From Kiritimatiellia bacterium (GTDB lineage Bacteria; Verrucomicrobiota; Kiritimatiellia; RFP12; UBA1067), in NCBI GenBank assembly GCA_051884875.1, contig JBJEWD010000007.1, forward strand, positions 9,538 to 73,537: DNA of 64,000 bases. The letters run 5' to 3'. Shown here in pieces: positions 8,073 to 17,714 of this stretch (the first letter of the stretch is position 1; each line of letters begins with the position of its first letter). The position numbers and the translations under genes are program-made. Under the pieces are notes generated by a model. That model made no database searches. It was given only the letters and a program-made list of their open reading frames with translations, and was not told the origin of the DNA.

Positions 8073-10946
8073 CTAAAGGAACTTTCCCGTGACCGAATTC
8101 GCGCAGGATCTTATCGCCGCAATCGGACCTTCGCAGACGAGCATTCCGCCGGCATCGCCGCCGCCGGGACCGAGATCGACGATCCAGTCGGCGCAGCGCA
8201 TTACGTCGATGTTGTGCTCGATGACGATGACGGTGTTGCCCTGGTCGCGCAGCATCAGCAGAATCCTCATGAGCTTGGCGATATCGTCGAAATGAAGACC
8301 CGTCGTCGGCTCGTCGAGCAGATAGAGCGTGCGGCCCGTGGCGCGCCGGGAGAGCTCCGTCGCGAGTTTGATGCGCTGCGCCTCGCCGCCCGAAAGCGTC
8401 GTTGCGGACTGGCCGAGCCCGATGTAGCCGAGGCCGACGTCGACGAGCACCTTGAGCTTGCGGGCGATGGACGGCACCTTCCCGAAAAACTCGTAGGCTT
8501 CGGCGACCGTCATCTCCAGGACGTCCGAAATCGTCTTGCCGCCGTAGGTCACCTCCAGCGTCTCGGCGTTGAAGCGCGTGCCATTGCACTGTTCGCACGT
8601 GACGTAGACGTCCGGCAGAAAGCTCATCTCCAGCCGGCGGAGTCCGTCACCGCCGCAGACCTCGCAGCGTCCGCCCTTCACGTTGAACGAGAAGCGCCCC
8701 GCCGAATAGCCGCGCGCCTTGGCGGCCTCGGTGTGCGCAAAGAGATCGCGGATCTCGGAGAAGAACCCGACGTAGGTCGCCGGGTTCGAACGCGGCGTAC
8801 GCCCGATCGGCGACTGGTCGATTTCGATGACCTTGTCGAACGCCTCGGCGCCCGTCAGCTTCCTGAATTTGCCGGGAACCTCCTTCGAACCATAGAACCG
8901 GCGCATCAGCGCGCGCTTGAGCGTTTCGTCCACCAGCGTCGACTTGCCCGAGCCCGATACGCCGGTGACAACCGTAAAGGCCGCGATCGGGAAACGCGCC
9001 GTCACGTTCTTGAGATTGTGTTCCGTGCAGCCCGAGATCGTGAGGAAGCGCCGCCCGGCGGGGACGGGGCGGGAATCGGGAGGCCGGCAATCCGTCACGC
9101 TCTTCCGTCCCGCAAGATAATCGGCAGTGAGCGACTTCGCCTTGAGAAGGCCCTTGAAGTCGCCCTGGTACATGATCTGCCCGCCTTCGCGTCCGGCACC
9201 GGGCCCGAGGTCGATGAGATAGTCCGCCGCACGCATCATCTCCTCGTCATGCTCGACGATGACCACGGTGTTGCCCCGGTCGCGCAGCCCCTTCAATGTG
9301 CGGATGAGCCGTTCGTTATCGCGCGGATGAAGCCCGATCGTCGGCTCATCGAGGACGTACAGGACGCCCGTGAGGCCGCTCCCGATCTGCGTCGCGAGGC
9401 GAATGCGCTGCATCTCGCCGCCCGAGAGCGTCGCGCTCGCACGATCCAACGTAAGGTAATCGAGTCCGACGTCGATCAGGAACTGCAACCGCTTCGTAAT
9501 CTCGGCGACGACTTCCCGGAGACCCTTCAGCGTCTCGGCGCCGCGCGGCGATGGCGCCGCAGGAACGTCTTCCCGGAAAAACGCGAGACATCGGCGGATG
9601 GGCATGGCCATGACTTCGACGATGGTCTTGCCGGCGACCCTGGCGGCACGGGCCTCGGGACGGAGACGCGCGCCCAGGCAGTCCGGGCAGACCTTGAAGT
9701 TCTGGTAGGCTTCGTATTTCGCACGCACCTCGTCGTCCTCGGCTTCGTCGAGCTTGCGGTGCAGGGCGTTGAGCACGCCTTCGAAGGGTTTGTCGACACG
9801 CCGCCAGCTGAGGACGAGATCCTCCTTGAAACCGTGCATGAGGTCGTGGCGGAACTTCGCCGGCAGCTTCGCATACGGCGTCGCGAGATCGACGTGATTC
9901 TGGCGCGCGATCTCGGCCAGGAGTTCCTTGTGGTAGAGAATCGCCATCTGGCCGCCCAACCGGCGCCATGGATGAATCGCCTCGGCGAGCGGCAGGTTCC
10001 TGTCCGGCACCACGAGGTCTTCGTCAAAGAAGTAGAGCTGGCCGAGGCCTGCACACGTCGGACACGCGCCGAACGGCGAGTTGAACGAAAAGCTGCGCGG
10101 CTTCAGCTCGTCGAAGGAAATGCCGCAGTCGATGCACGCGTTGAGTTCGGAAAAGGTGAGCGTCTCGCCGGAGGGACGATCCGGCGGCGGGGCGGCTTGC
10201 GTCGAATCGGGGAGGCGTTCGACGGTGAGGATGCCGTGCCCGATCCTGAGGGCGAGTTCGACGGAGTCGGTGAGGCGGGTGCGGAGGTCGGCGGGCGCCG
10301 CCGACGTCCGGCCGGGCAACACCAGGCGGTCGATGACGACGTCGATGCTGTGCGCCTTCTTCCCGTCGAGCTCGGGGAGCTCATCCATCGAATACATCGC
10401 GCCGTCGATGCGTACGCGGGCGAAGCCCTTGCGGCCCAGTTCCTCGAAGACGGATTCGTGGCGGCCCTTCTTGCCCTTGATCACCGGCGCATAGACGATC
10501 GCCTTCCCGCCCTCGCCCGCCAGCAGGGCGTCGACGATCTGTTCGGCGGACTGCCTGGTGACGGGCTTGCCGCAACGGGGACAGTGGGCGACGGCGACGG
10601 AGCCGTAGAGAATGCGCAGATAGTCGTGGATCTCCGTGACGGTGGCGACGATCGAACGCGGATTGCCGCTCGTCGTATGCTGCTCGATGGAAATCGCCGG
10701 GGAAAGCCCCTCGATCTTCTCGACCTCCGGCTTCTTCAGGCGATCGAGAAACTGCCGCGCATAGGCGGACAACGACTCGACGTAACGGCGCTGCCCCTCG
10801 GCGTAGAGCGTATCGAAGGCGAGCGACGACTTGCCGGAGCCGGAGAGCCCCGTGACGACCGTCAGTGAATTGCGCGGAATGGTAACATCGATGCCGCGGA
10901 GGTTGTGAACCTTCGCACCCGTGATGGTAATGTCGTTCATCGCCAT
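8073..10946 (-). CDS. uvrA: excinuclease ABC subunit UvrA
   Basis: The sequence includes [67 protein letters not shown]. It has two ABC ATPase modules ([24 protein letters not shown]) and zinc-finger Cys pairs. Confidence 0.97.
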   Translation of the reverse strand: MAMNDITITGAKVHNLRGIDVTIPRNSLTVVTGLSGSGKSSLAFDTLYAEGQRRYVESLSAYARQFLDRLKKPEVEKIEGLSPAISIEQHTTSGNPRSIVATVTEIHDYLRILYGSVAVAHCPRCGKPVTRQSAEQIVDALLAGEGGKAIVYAPVIKGKKGRHESVFEELGRKGFARVRIDGAMYSMDELPELDGKKAHSIDVVIDRLVLPGRTSAAPADLRTRLTDSVELALRIGHGILTVERLPDSTQAAPPPDRPSGETLTFSELNACIDCGISFDELKPRSFSFNSPFGACPTCAGLGQLYFFDEDLVVPDRNLPLAEAIHPWRRLGGQMAILYHKELLAEIARQNHVDLATPYAKLPAKFRHDLMHGFKEDLVLSWRRVDKPFEGVLNALHRKLDEAEDDEVRAKYEAYQNFKVCPDCLGARLRPEARAARVAGKTIVEVMAMPIRRCLAFFREDVPAAPSPRGAETLKGLREVVAEITKRLQFLIDVGLDYLTLDRASATLSGGEMQRIRLATQIGSGLTGVLYVLDEPTIGLHPRDNERLIRTLKGLRDRGNTVVIVEHDEEMMRAADYLIDLGPGAGREGGQIMYQGDFKGLLKAKSLTADYLAGRKSVTDCRPPDSRPVPAGRRFLTISGCTEHNLKNVTARFPIAAFTVVTGVSGSGKSTLVDETLKRALMRRFYGSKEVPGKFRKLTGAEAFDKVIEIDQSPIGRTPRSNPATYVGFFSEIRDLFAHTEAAKARGYSAGRFSFNVKGGRCEVCGGDGLRRLEMSFLPDVYVTCEQCNGTRFNAETLEVTYGGKTISDVLEMTVAEAYEFFGKVPSIARKLKVLVDVGLGYIGLGQSATTLSGGEAQRIKLATELSRRATGRTLYLLDEPTTGLHFDDIAKLMRILLMLRDQGNTVIVIEHNIDVMRCADWIVDLGPGGGDAGGMLVCEGPIAAIRSCANSVTGKFL

Positions 10947-11011
10947 GTCAATGCAAGAGGGCTTTTCTTGCCATTTCCGTCGCATGGAAATCGCCCGCAT
11001 AAACCCGCATC

Positions 11012-11034
11012 GCCTGCGCCGCACCGGCGCAGGC
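11012..11034 (-). terminator. hairpin downstream of rho
   Basis: There is a perfect 9-bp stem, gcctgcgcc/ggcgcaggc, with a 5-nt loop, about 33 nt after the rho stop. The U tract is weak. Confidence 0.35.
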
Positions 11035-11066
11035 GACGGACAGCCATACCGTCAGAAGGGCTCTTC

Positions 11067-12611
11067 TCATAGATTCTTCAAGTCGAGCGCCAGGAGGAAT
11101 TCGGGATTGGATTTCGTTTTCTTCAGCGAATTCAGAACGCTCTTCATGGCGGCCTCGGGACCCGCCGCGCTGAGGATACGGCGCATGCCCCAGGTCTTCT
11201 CCAGCTCGATCGGATCGAGGAGAAGCTCCTCCTTGCGCGTGCCCGACTTCTCGACGTCGATGGCCGGAAAGATGCGCTTGTCGGCGAGGCCGCGGTCGAG
11301 CTGGATCTCCATGTTACCCGTTCCCTTGAACTCCTCGAAGATGACTTCATCCATGCGCGAGCCGGTATCAACGAGACCCGTGGCGATAATCGTGAGCGAA
11401 CCGCCGCCTTCGATATTGCGCGCCGCGCCGAAGAAGCGTTTCGGGCGATGCATCGCCAGCGCATCGACGCCGCCCGTGAGAATCTTGCCGGAATGCGGCT
11501 GGACGGTGTTGTAGGCGCGCGCCATGCGCGTAATGGAATCCATCAGGATGATGACGTCCCGTCCGTTCTCGACCTGACGCTTCGACATCTCCAGCACCAT
11601 CTCCGTTACGTTCACGTGGTGCTGGGGCTCCTCATCGAAGGTCGAGGCGAGCACCATGGCCTTGGTATTGCGCTGCATATCCGTCACCTCTTCGGGACGT
11701 TCGTCGATCAGCAGGATGATGAGCATGGCATCGGGATGGTTCTGCGAAATCGCATTGGCCATCTTCTGGAGCAGGACGGTCTTGCCGACGCGCGGCGGCG
11801 CGATGATGAGCCCGCGCTGGCCGAAGCCGATCGGCGTGAAGAGGTCGATGACGCGCGTGGAAAACTCCTGCGGCGTCGTCTCGAGAATGATGCGACGGGT
11901 CGGGAAGGTCGCGGTCAGGTTCTCGAAGTGGATGACGCGGGCGGCGACGGAAGGCTCCTTGCCGTTCACGGTGTTGACGTTGCCGAGGCAGAAAAAGCGG
12001 TCGCGGTCGCGCGGATCGCGAATCGGCCCTTCGACGATATCGCCCGTGCGCAGCGCGTGGCGACGGATCTGCTGCTGGGTGACGAAGACGTCTTCGGGAC
12101 AGGCGAGGAAGTTGTTCTTCGCGGAGCGGAGGAAGCCATGGCCCTCGCGGACGATCTCAAGGCAGCCGCTCGCGAGCACGGCGCCGCCCCTGGCGAGATA
12201 CGAACGGATGGCGGCGAAGATGAGCTCGTGCTTGCGATAGGAACCCAGCTCCTCGGGATCGGCCCCCGGCATCATCCGCTCGACGACCTGCGGCGCAGGC
12301 CAGATCTGGATGTCGGCCAGGCGATATTCGGGCAGCGACGGATCGCGATGCGGATTCACCTGCGGTTCGACCTGCTGGGCGCGCGGCTCCGTCGGCAGCG
12401 GCGCATTCAGGAGCGGATTCACCGACTCGATGCCATTCGCCCCGCGAATCGGCGAGTTGTTCTTCGGCGGCAGACGATGCGGCATATGCCCGCCGACCGG
12501 CTTGCGGAACGGCTTCTTGCCGCCCCCGTTGCCCGGCGGATTGCCCGCCGGACGCGGCGGCTTCGGCTGGGGCTTTTCACTCTGGGCAAAAACGTCAAAT
12601 TCTTCGGCCAT
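11067..12611 (-). CDS. rho: transcription termination factor Rho with a roughly 100-aa Pro/Gly/basic N-terminal extension
   Basis: The C-terminal 400 aa are canonical Rho (..GHGFLR.., GQRGLIIAPPRVGKT Walker A, ..LIDERPEEVTDM.., ..SGKILTGGVD..). The N-terminus is MAEEFDVFAQSEKPQPKPPRPAGNPPGNGGGKKPFRKPVGG... Confidence 0.95.
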   Translation of the reverse strand: MAEEFDVFAQSEKPQPKPPRPAGNPPGNGGGKKPFRKPVGGHMPHRLPPKNNSPIRGANGIESVNPLLNAPLPTEPRAQQVEPQVNPHRDPSLPEYRLADIQIWPAPQVVERMMPGADPEELGSYRKHELIFAAIRSYLARGGAVLASGCLEIVREGHGFLRSAKNNFLACPEDVFVTQQQIRRHALRTGDIVEGPIRDPRDRDRFFCLGNVNTVNGKEPSVAARVIHFENLTATFPTRRIILETTPQEFSTRVIDLFTPIGFGQRGLIIAPPRVGKTVLLQKMANAISQNHPDAMLIILLIDERPEEVTDMQRNTKAMVLASTFDEEPQHHVNVTEMVLEMSKRQVENGRDVIILMDSITRMARAYNTVQPHSGKILTGGVDALAMHRPKRFFGAARNIEGGGSLTIIATGLVDTGSRMDEVIFEEFKGTGNMEIQLDRGLADKRIFPAIDVEKSGTRKEELLLDPIELEKTWGMRRILSAAGPEAAMKSVLNSLKKTKSNPEFLLALDLKNL

Positions 12612-12613
12612 AA

Positions 12614-13156
12614 TTAGGAATTCGGATCGTGTGAGGGTTGTGTTTTCAGCCAGGCGACGAACCGCGCGGCGGCCTTTCGGAGCTCTTCCGCCGTTCCGTC
12701 ATTCCTGATCACGTAGTGGGATTTCTCGGCTTTCACCGCAACGGGCATTTGGGCTGCCAATCGGGCTTCGGCCTCCGCACGCGTGTAGCCGCGTGTGGTC
12801 ATCATCCGCGCGAGCTGATTCTCCCGCGTGGACGCAACGCAGCAGATTATATCATAATCCGCTTCCCAATGCACCTCGAAAAGGAGGGGAATCACCGCAA
12901 TCACCATTCGCGGTCCCGGTGCATCAAGAATCCGGTTGATCCGCGCGCGAACCAGCGGATGGAGACGCGCTTCGAGCGCCTGGCGCCGGACGGGATCGGC
13001 GAAGACCTCGGCGGCAAGACGGCGGCGCTCGGCGGGGTCGGGAATGAGCTCGTGCACGATGTCGTCGGCATCGACCGTCGCGACGCCGAGTTCGTTCAGA
13101 TAACGCGACAGGAGGGACTTCCCGCAGGCAATCCCCCCCGTAAGGCATATCTTCAT
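12614..13156 (-). CDS. coaE: dephospho-CoA kinase
   Basis: MKICLTGGIACGKS is the P-loop, and ..IPLLFE.. is typical of CoaE. The protein is 180 aa. Confidence 0.9.
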   Translation of the reverse strand: MKICLTGGIACGKSLLSRYLNELGVATVDADDIVHELIPDPAERRRLAAEVFADPVRRQALEARLHPLVRARINRILDAPGPRMVIAVIPLLFEVHWEADYDIICCVASTRENQLARMMTTRGYTRAEAEARLAAQMPVAVKAEKSHYVIRNDGTAEELRKAAARFVAWLKTQPSHDPNS

Positions 13157-13168
13157 ATACGTGTCCGG

Positions 13169-16100
13169 TTACTCGTCTTCCTGAGGCGCGGCCTGGACAT
13201 CACTCTCCTTCTGCTCCAGCGAGCTCATGGTGACCTCGCGGCCGCGGACGTCGACGAGACGGGTCGTCACGAAGATGAGGAGATTGCGCTTGTTGGTGCG
13301 CTCGGAGTGGCTGCGGAAGAAGCGACCGATGATCGGGAGATCGCCGAGGAACGGAATCTTGTCGTCCATCGCCTTGCGGTCTTCGGTGATGAGGCCGCCC
13401 ATGACGATCGTCGCACCCGGATAGACCGAGACGTTCGAGTCGATTGAACGGACGTGGAAGAACGGCTGTTCCATCGGGGCGTCGTAGTAGGTGATGTTCT
13501 CCGAGGAGGACACGGTGAGATTCTCCAGCGCGGCGCTGGCGGAACTCACGGCCGTCTCGGCGAACGCCGCCTTGACCGTATCGCTCAGGCCCGTGCCGAT
13601 CGTCGAGAGGACTTCGGAGAGGCCGGTGAGAATCTCGCCGATGCCCTGGAAGCTCTGCAACGAAGAGTTGCCCGTGAACGGAATGCGCATGCCGTAGTTC
13701 TTCCAGGTCGGCTCGTCGACGACCTGCGTGTTGAGCTTGAGGTCGATGAGGTTGCCGTCGTCCGTCAGCGTCGGGGTGACGTCGAGAATGACGCCGACTT
13801 CACGCATCGTGAAGGACTGCGGCTCGACGACCGCAAGAATCGCGGACTGGCTGCCGCCGCTGCTGCTGCTGGAGCTTGAGGAACTGGACTGCAGCTGCAC
13901 ATCGTAGTCGGTCGGGTAGATGTATTCGGTGACGACCTTCATGACGGCCTCTTCGCCCGGACGGGTCAGCACCTTGGGCGCGGACAGGAGATCCGTATCG
14001 CTGCGCTGGGAGAGCATGTGGAGGATCATCGAGAGATCCGCGCCGCCCAGGAAGGCGTTGATGCGCATGAACTGGTCGTTGTTCGACGCACTCTCGCCCG
14101 AAATGTGGTTCGACAGAGTCGAGAGATAGCGCATGCCCGTGCCGTAGGTCGAACCCTCGCCGCCCGTGGCGTTGATGCCGATCTTGCCGTGGCTCGCGCT
14201 GCCGTGGCGAATCCAGGTCGCTCCGCTCGAGTTGGCGAAGAGCGTCTTGGACGACGACGAACTCGTCGTGGTGGAACCCTCGGTGCTTGTCGTCGTGCCG
14301 CCGCTGTTGACGACACCGCCCGTGAGCGACGAAGACGACGTGGAGGTCGAGCTCGAACTGCTGGAAGTAGACGAACCGCTGGACGAACCCCAGGCGCCGC
14401 CGCGGATGCCCAGCGCCCGCGAAAGGTGGCTGCCGAGACCCAGCGAATAGTCGCTGTTGAGGATCCACTCGAAGCCGAGCGAGTTCAAATCCTCCTGGCA
14501 GACTTCGACGAAGCGGGCCTCAATTTCGATGAGCTTGGGATCGGCGTTCATTTCGGTGAGCGCCTTCTCGAGTTCGGCGAGGTTCTCGTAGGTGTTCTTC
14601 ACGCGGAGTTTGCCGATGGTCTTGATGTACATGATCTGAGAACCCTCGGGCCACTGGACGCCGAGCAGCGTGAAGAACTCCTTCCAGTCCCGTTGCTGGT
14701 TCTCATCGCCTTCATCGTTGTTCCGGCTGGCATTGCCGCCAAAGCCCGCCGACCGCATCTCCTTCATGTCGGAGGAAGCCGTGTCCATGCGCTCCATGAA
14801 GGAGGAAAGCACCGGGTAGCTGCGGGTTACCATCTCCTCAATCGCCATATCCTTGTGCATGACGATGATGAACGGCCCCTGGACCTTGAACTTGAAGTCG
14901 ACGGAATCGCAGACGAGCTTCAGCGCATCATAGAAGGTGATGTCGCTCGCGGACAGCATCGGAATCATCGGCACCCCGGCCGTATCCGATCCGGACGCCT
15001 CCTCCTCGCCGCCGCCAAAGCCGTCGGTCTCCTCTTCGCCGCCGCTCATGCGGGCGTTGCGGATCGCCTCCGGCAGACGGAGCGCGATGTTGAAGCCGCG
15101 CTGCTCCAGCGGAAGCTCCGGATTGTCGAAATCCTTCGATGCCGAACGGAAGAACTCGACGGCATCGATGATCGTGGCCGGCGGCTTGAACGAAATGGAC
15201 GGCAGCTTCATCTCCTTCATGCGCTTGTAGATGTTCTGCTCGCGGGCGCGCTCCGGGTCGTTGTCGAGGGGACGCGTCGTCGTCTCACCCACGCGCTGGC
15301 CGAGTTCCTGCGCATCGACGGCATAGACGGGGCGCCACGCCTGATCGACATCCGCGATCATGCCCTCGCGGGCGGCCTTGCGCTCCTGCATCAGAATCGT
15401 GTGGCGCTTGCGCTGGATCTTCTCGCGCAGACGGATGGCCTCCTGATTGGAGGGATCGGCGACAAGCACGAGCTCGCACTCGTCCAGCGCACGACCGAGC
15501 TCGCGCGTGGCGAGATACTGGCGGGAACGCCGGAGATGCATGAGGGTCTTGGCGCGCTGATCCTTGTAGTCCTGATCGTTGCGCCGGTGCTTGATCTCGG
15601 AGACATCCGTCTTGCTGGCTTCCGGATCACCGGCGGCGAGCCAGGCCTCGAGCTGACGGCGGGCCTTCGGATGACGGAGGTCGACGGCCTTGGAGATGAG
15701 CTTGATGGCGCGCTCGCGGCGACCCGTCGCGTCTTCCTGCAACGCCGCGCGGTAAAGGCCCTCGGCGATGCCCTGCTCGCACTCCTTGCGCTTGCCGGCG
15801 GACTTGGGGCTGTCGTTCAGGAGCTTCTGCGCGATGCGGTAGTGCTTCGTCGCATCCTGATACTCCTCGGACTCCATGCACGCCCGCGCCTCCATGATCT
15901 CACGATCGGCCTGGACGTCGAAGGCTTCGCGGCGAATCCGCTCGGTGGTGACGATGTTGGAGAGAAGTTCGGCATCAGGCCCCGTGAACTGGGGCACGGC
16001 CGGCTCGACCGGCACCGGTTCGGGCGCGGGCTTCCCGTCCGCGACCACGACGGGCGTAACCTCCGACGGCTTCACATCGGCCTTCGGCGTCGGCTCCGCC

Positions 16101-16555
16101 GCCACGGCAGGCGCGGGCTCCTCGGCCGGAACCGCCGGCTTGGCGCCGGCTTCGTCTTCGGCGGCCAGTTCGCTCAGGAGATCCAGGACGTCATCGCTCT
16201 TCGACTCCGCCTGAACGGGCGCGGGAACGGGCTCCTCGGCCTTCGGCGCCGGCTCTTCCGCAGCAACGGACACCGGCTCTTCGGCGGCAGCAGGCGCCGG
16301 CTCTTCCGAAGCAACGGACGCAGGCTCTTCGGCGGCCTCTTCCGGCTCCTCAACCGCCGCCGGCTCGTCGGCCTCCGCGGCGGGCGCTACGGACACTTCC
16401 GCAGACTGGGGTTCAACCTGCGCCGTCTCGGCCTTGGTGTCAGACTCCAGGTCGCTCAGGAGGTCGTCGAGATCTTCCTGCGCGCCGACATTCTGCCCCA
16501 CGGCAACGAGCGCCACCGCCGCGCCAACCGCAAACACGTTCCTAAGGTTCGTCAT
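13169..16555 (-). CDS. secretin (PilQ/GspD family) with an acidic low-complexity N-terminus, a TPR-like region and poly-Ser insertions
   Basis: The C-terminal secretin signature is ..KIPFLGDLPIIGRFFRSHSERTNKRNLLIFVTTRLV. I place the start at the ATG at 16555 (MTNLRNVFAVGAAVALVAVGQNVGAQ), which has an AGGAG 11 nt upstream. The GVVNSGG-interrupted Ser/Thr tract (GSSSGSSTSSSSSSTSTSSSS..TTSSSSSK) and QSSSSSSSSSSGG lie inside the C-terminal half. Confidence 0.9.
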   Translation of the reverse strand: MTNLRNVFAVGAAVALVAVGQNVGAQEDLDDLLSDLESDTKAETAQVEPQSAEVSVAPAAEADEPAAVEEPEEAAEEPASVASEEPAPAAAEEPVSVAAEEPAPKAEEPVPAPVQAESKSDDVLDLLSELAAEDEAGAKPAVPAEEPAPAVAAEPTPKADVKPSEVTPVVVADGKPAPEPVPVEPAVPQFTGPDAELLSNIVTTERIRREAFDVQADREIMEARACMESEEYQDATKHYRIAQKLLNDSPKSAGKRKECEQGIAEGLYRAALQEDATGRRERAIKLISKAVDLRHPKARRQLEAWLAAGDPEASKTDVSEIKHRRNDQDYKDQRAKTLMHLRRSRQYLATRELGRALDECELVLVADPSNQEAIRLREKIQRKRHTILMQERKAAREGMIADVDQAWRPVYAVDAQELGQRVGETTTRPLDNDPERAREQNIYKRMKEMKLPSISFKPPATIIDAVEFFRSASKDFDNPELPLEQRGFNIALRLPEAIRNARMSGGEEETDGFGGGEEEASGSDTAGVPMIPMLSASDITFYDALKLVCDSVDFKFKVQGPFIIVMHKDMAIEEMVTRSYPVLSSFMERMDTASSDMKEMRSAGFGGNASRNNDEGDENQQRDWKEFFTLLGVQWPEGSQIMYIKTIGKLRVKNTYENLAELEKALTEMNADPKLIEIEARFVEVCQEDLNSLGFEWILNSDYSLGLGSHLSRALGIRGGAWGSSSGSSTSSSSSSTSTSSSSLTGGVVNSGGTTTSTEGSTTTSSSSSKTLFANSSGATWIRHGSASHGKIGINATGGEGSTYGTGMRYLSTLSNHISGESASNNDQFMRINAFLGGADLSMILHMLSQRSDTDLLSAPKVLTRPGEEAVMKVVTEYIYPTDYDVQLQSSSSSSSSSSGGSQSAILAVVEPQSFTMREVGVILDVTPTLTDDGNLIDLKLNTQVVDEPTWKNYGMRIPFTGNSSLQSFQGIGEILTGLSEVLSTIGTGLSDTVKAAFAETAVSSASAALENLTVSSSENITYYDAPMEQPFFHVRSIDSNVSVYPGATIVMGGLITEDRKAMDDKIPFLGDLPIIGRFFRSHSERTNKRNLLIFVTTRLVDVRGREVTMSSLEQKESDVQAAPQEDE

Positions 16556-16604
16556 ATCGAGCACTGCTCCTTGATTTGTAAAGCGTATTATAGACTATTT
16601 CCCG

Positions 16605-17714
16605 TCACTGTTCAAGTGCTTCAAGGGTTTTCTTGCCAAGCTTCGCATTGGCGAGAACCACCTTGACCGTCTTGCCTTCCCGCACCAGATCCTCAACCGT
16701 GAATTTCGTGCCGTTGAGGTCGATGACATCGCCCTTCACGACAAACAGCTCCTTGGTGGTTCCGCGCGTGTAGACGAGCTTGGCCTGGACGTCGACCGGC
16801 TTGTTGCGCTCGCCCAGGGCGACGACGACGATCTTCTTGTCGGCTTTGCGTTCGAGCGTAGCGGTCGACACGTCGATTTCGCGCGTCAGCTTCTGCTGTC
16901 GCCTCTCGCCGGCGATCTCGCGTTTGGCGATCTTGTGCTCGTAGCCCTTCACGACATAGCCCGTCTTGCCGATCTCCTCGCCCGTCTTGGGTTCGTAGAC
17001 CTTGCCCCACTTGCCGTAGTCGTTCTTCTTGCCGGGATCCCGGAAGTTGAAGCGGTGGCTCCCGCCCGGCAGCGGCGTCGCGCGCTCGAAGAAGAATGGC
17101 AGCGTCGTCTGCTTGAGCGGCAGCGCGAGCGTCAGCGAGTCACGGTAGTCGGGATGCGATTCGGGATCGGACGGATCCGTGCCGGCCTCGTATTCCTCGG
17201 CGTTGGTGAAGCCGTCCTTGTCGAGATCGTCCTCCGCGTCGGCGGCATCGTTCGGATTGAGGCCGTACTTCTTCTCCCATTCGTCGGGAAGCCCGTCGCC
17301 GTCGGTATCGACCTCGACCTTGATCTCCTCGGGCTGCTTCACGCCGCAGTCGGGGTAGGGGCAGACCTTGACGCCGAAGGGAATCGGCCGGCCGCAACCC
17401 TTCTTCTCGGCGCCCGCCTCGCCCTGCTCGCAGAAGACGCGCCGACCGGACGCGAGGTAGCTGTCGCTCGTTTCGGCGGGTTCGGTAATCTTGCCCGGCG
17501 CCTTGAAACGCCCGACGAGCGCCGCGTACGGTTTGAGGTCGGCCGCCGCGAGACCATCCTTCCCGCCGCGCGCCGCGCGCCCGGCCTCGCCTTCCGCCTC
17601 GGCGGGCGGCAGACACAGGGCGATCACGCCGCCCGCGAGCGCGAGAATGCCGAATCCGGCCGCCAGCCAATCCCAATGGGCCGCGAAAAAGCCCTTGTCG
17701 TTAAGGGAGATCAT
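16605..17714 (-). CDS. membrane-anchored protein in the PilP position; 4-Cys motif plus thrombospondin type-3-like Ca-binding repeats
   Basis: It has an N-terminal TM segment (WLAAGFGILALAGGVIALCL). It also carries FCEQGEAGAEKKGCGRPIPFGVKVCPYPDCG and DTDGDGLPDEWEKKYGLNPNDAADAEDDLDKDGFTNAEEYEAGTDPSDP. Its start overlaps the upstream stop as ATGA. Confidence 0.7.
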   Translation of the reverse strand: MISLNDKGFFAAHWDWLAAGFGILALAGGVIALCLPPAEAEGEAGRAARGGKDGLAAADLKPYAALVGRFKAPGKITEPAETSDSYLASGRRVFCEQGEAGAEKKGCGRPIPFGVKVCPYPDCGVKQPEEIKVEVDTDGDGLPDEWEKKYGLNPNDAADAEDDLDKDGFTNAEEYEAGTDPSDPESHPDYRDSLTLALPLKQTTLPFFFERATPLPGGSHRFNFRDPGKKNDYGKWGKVYEPKTGEEIGKTGYVVKGYEHKIAKREIAGERRQQKLTREIDVSTATLERKADKKIVVVALGERNKPVDVQAKLVYTRGTTKELFVVKGDVIDLNGTKFTVEDLVREGKTVKVVLANAKLGKKTLEALEQ

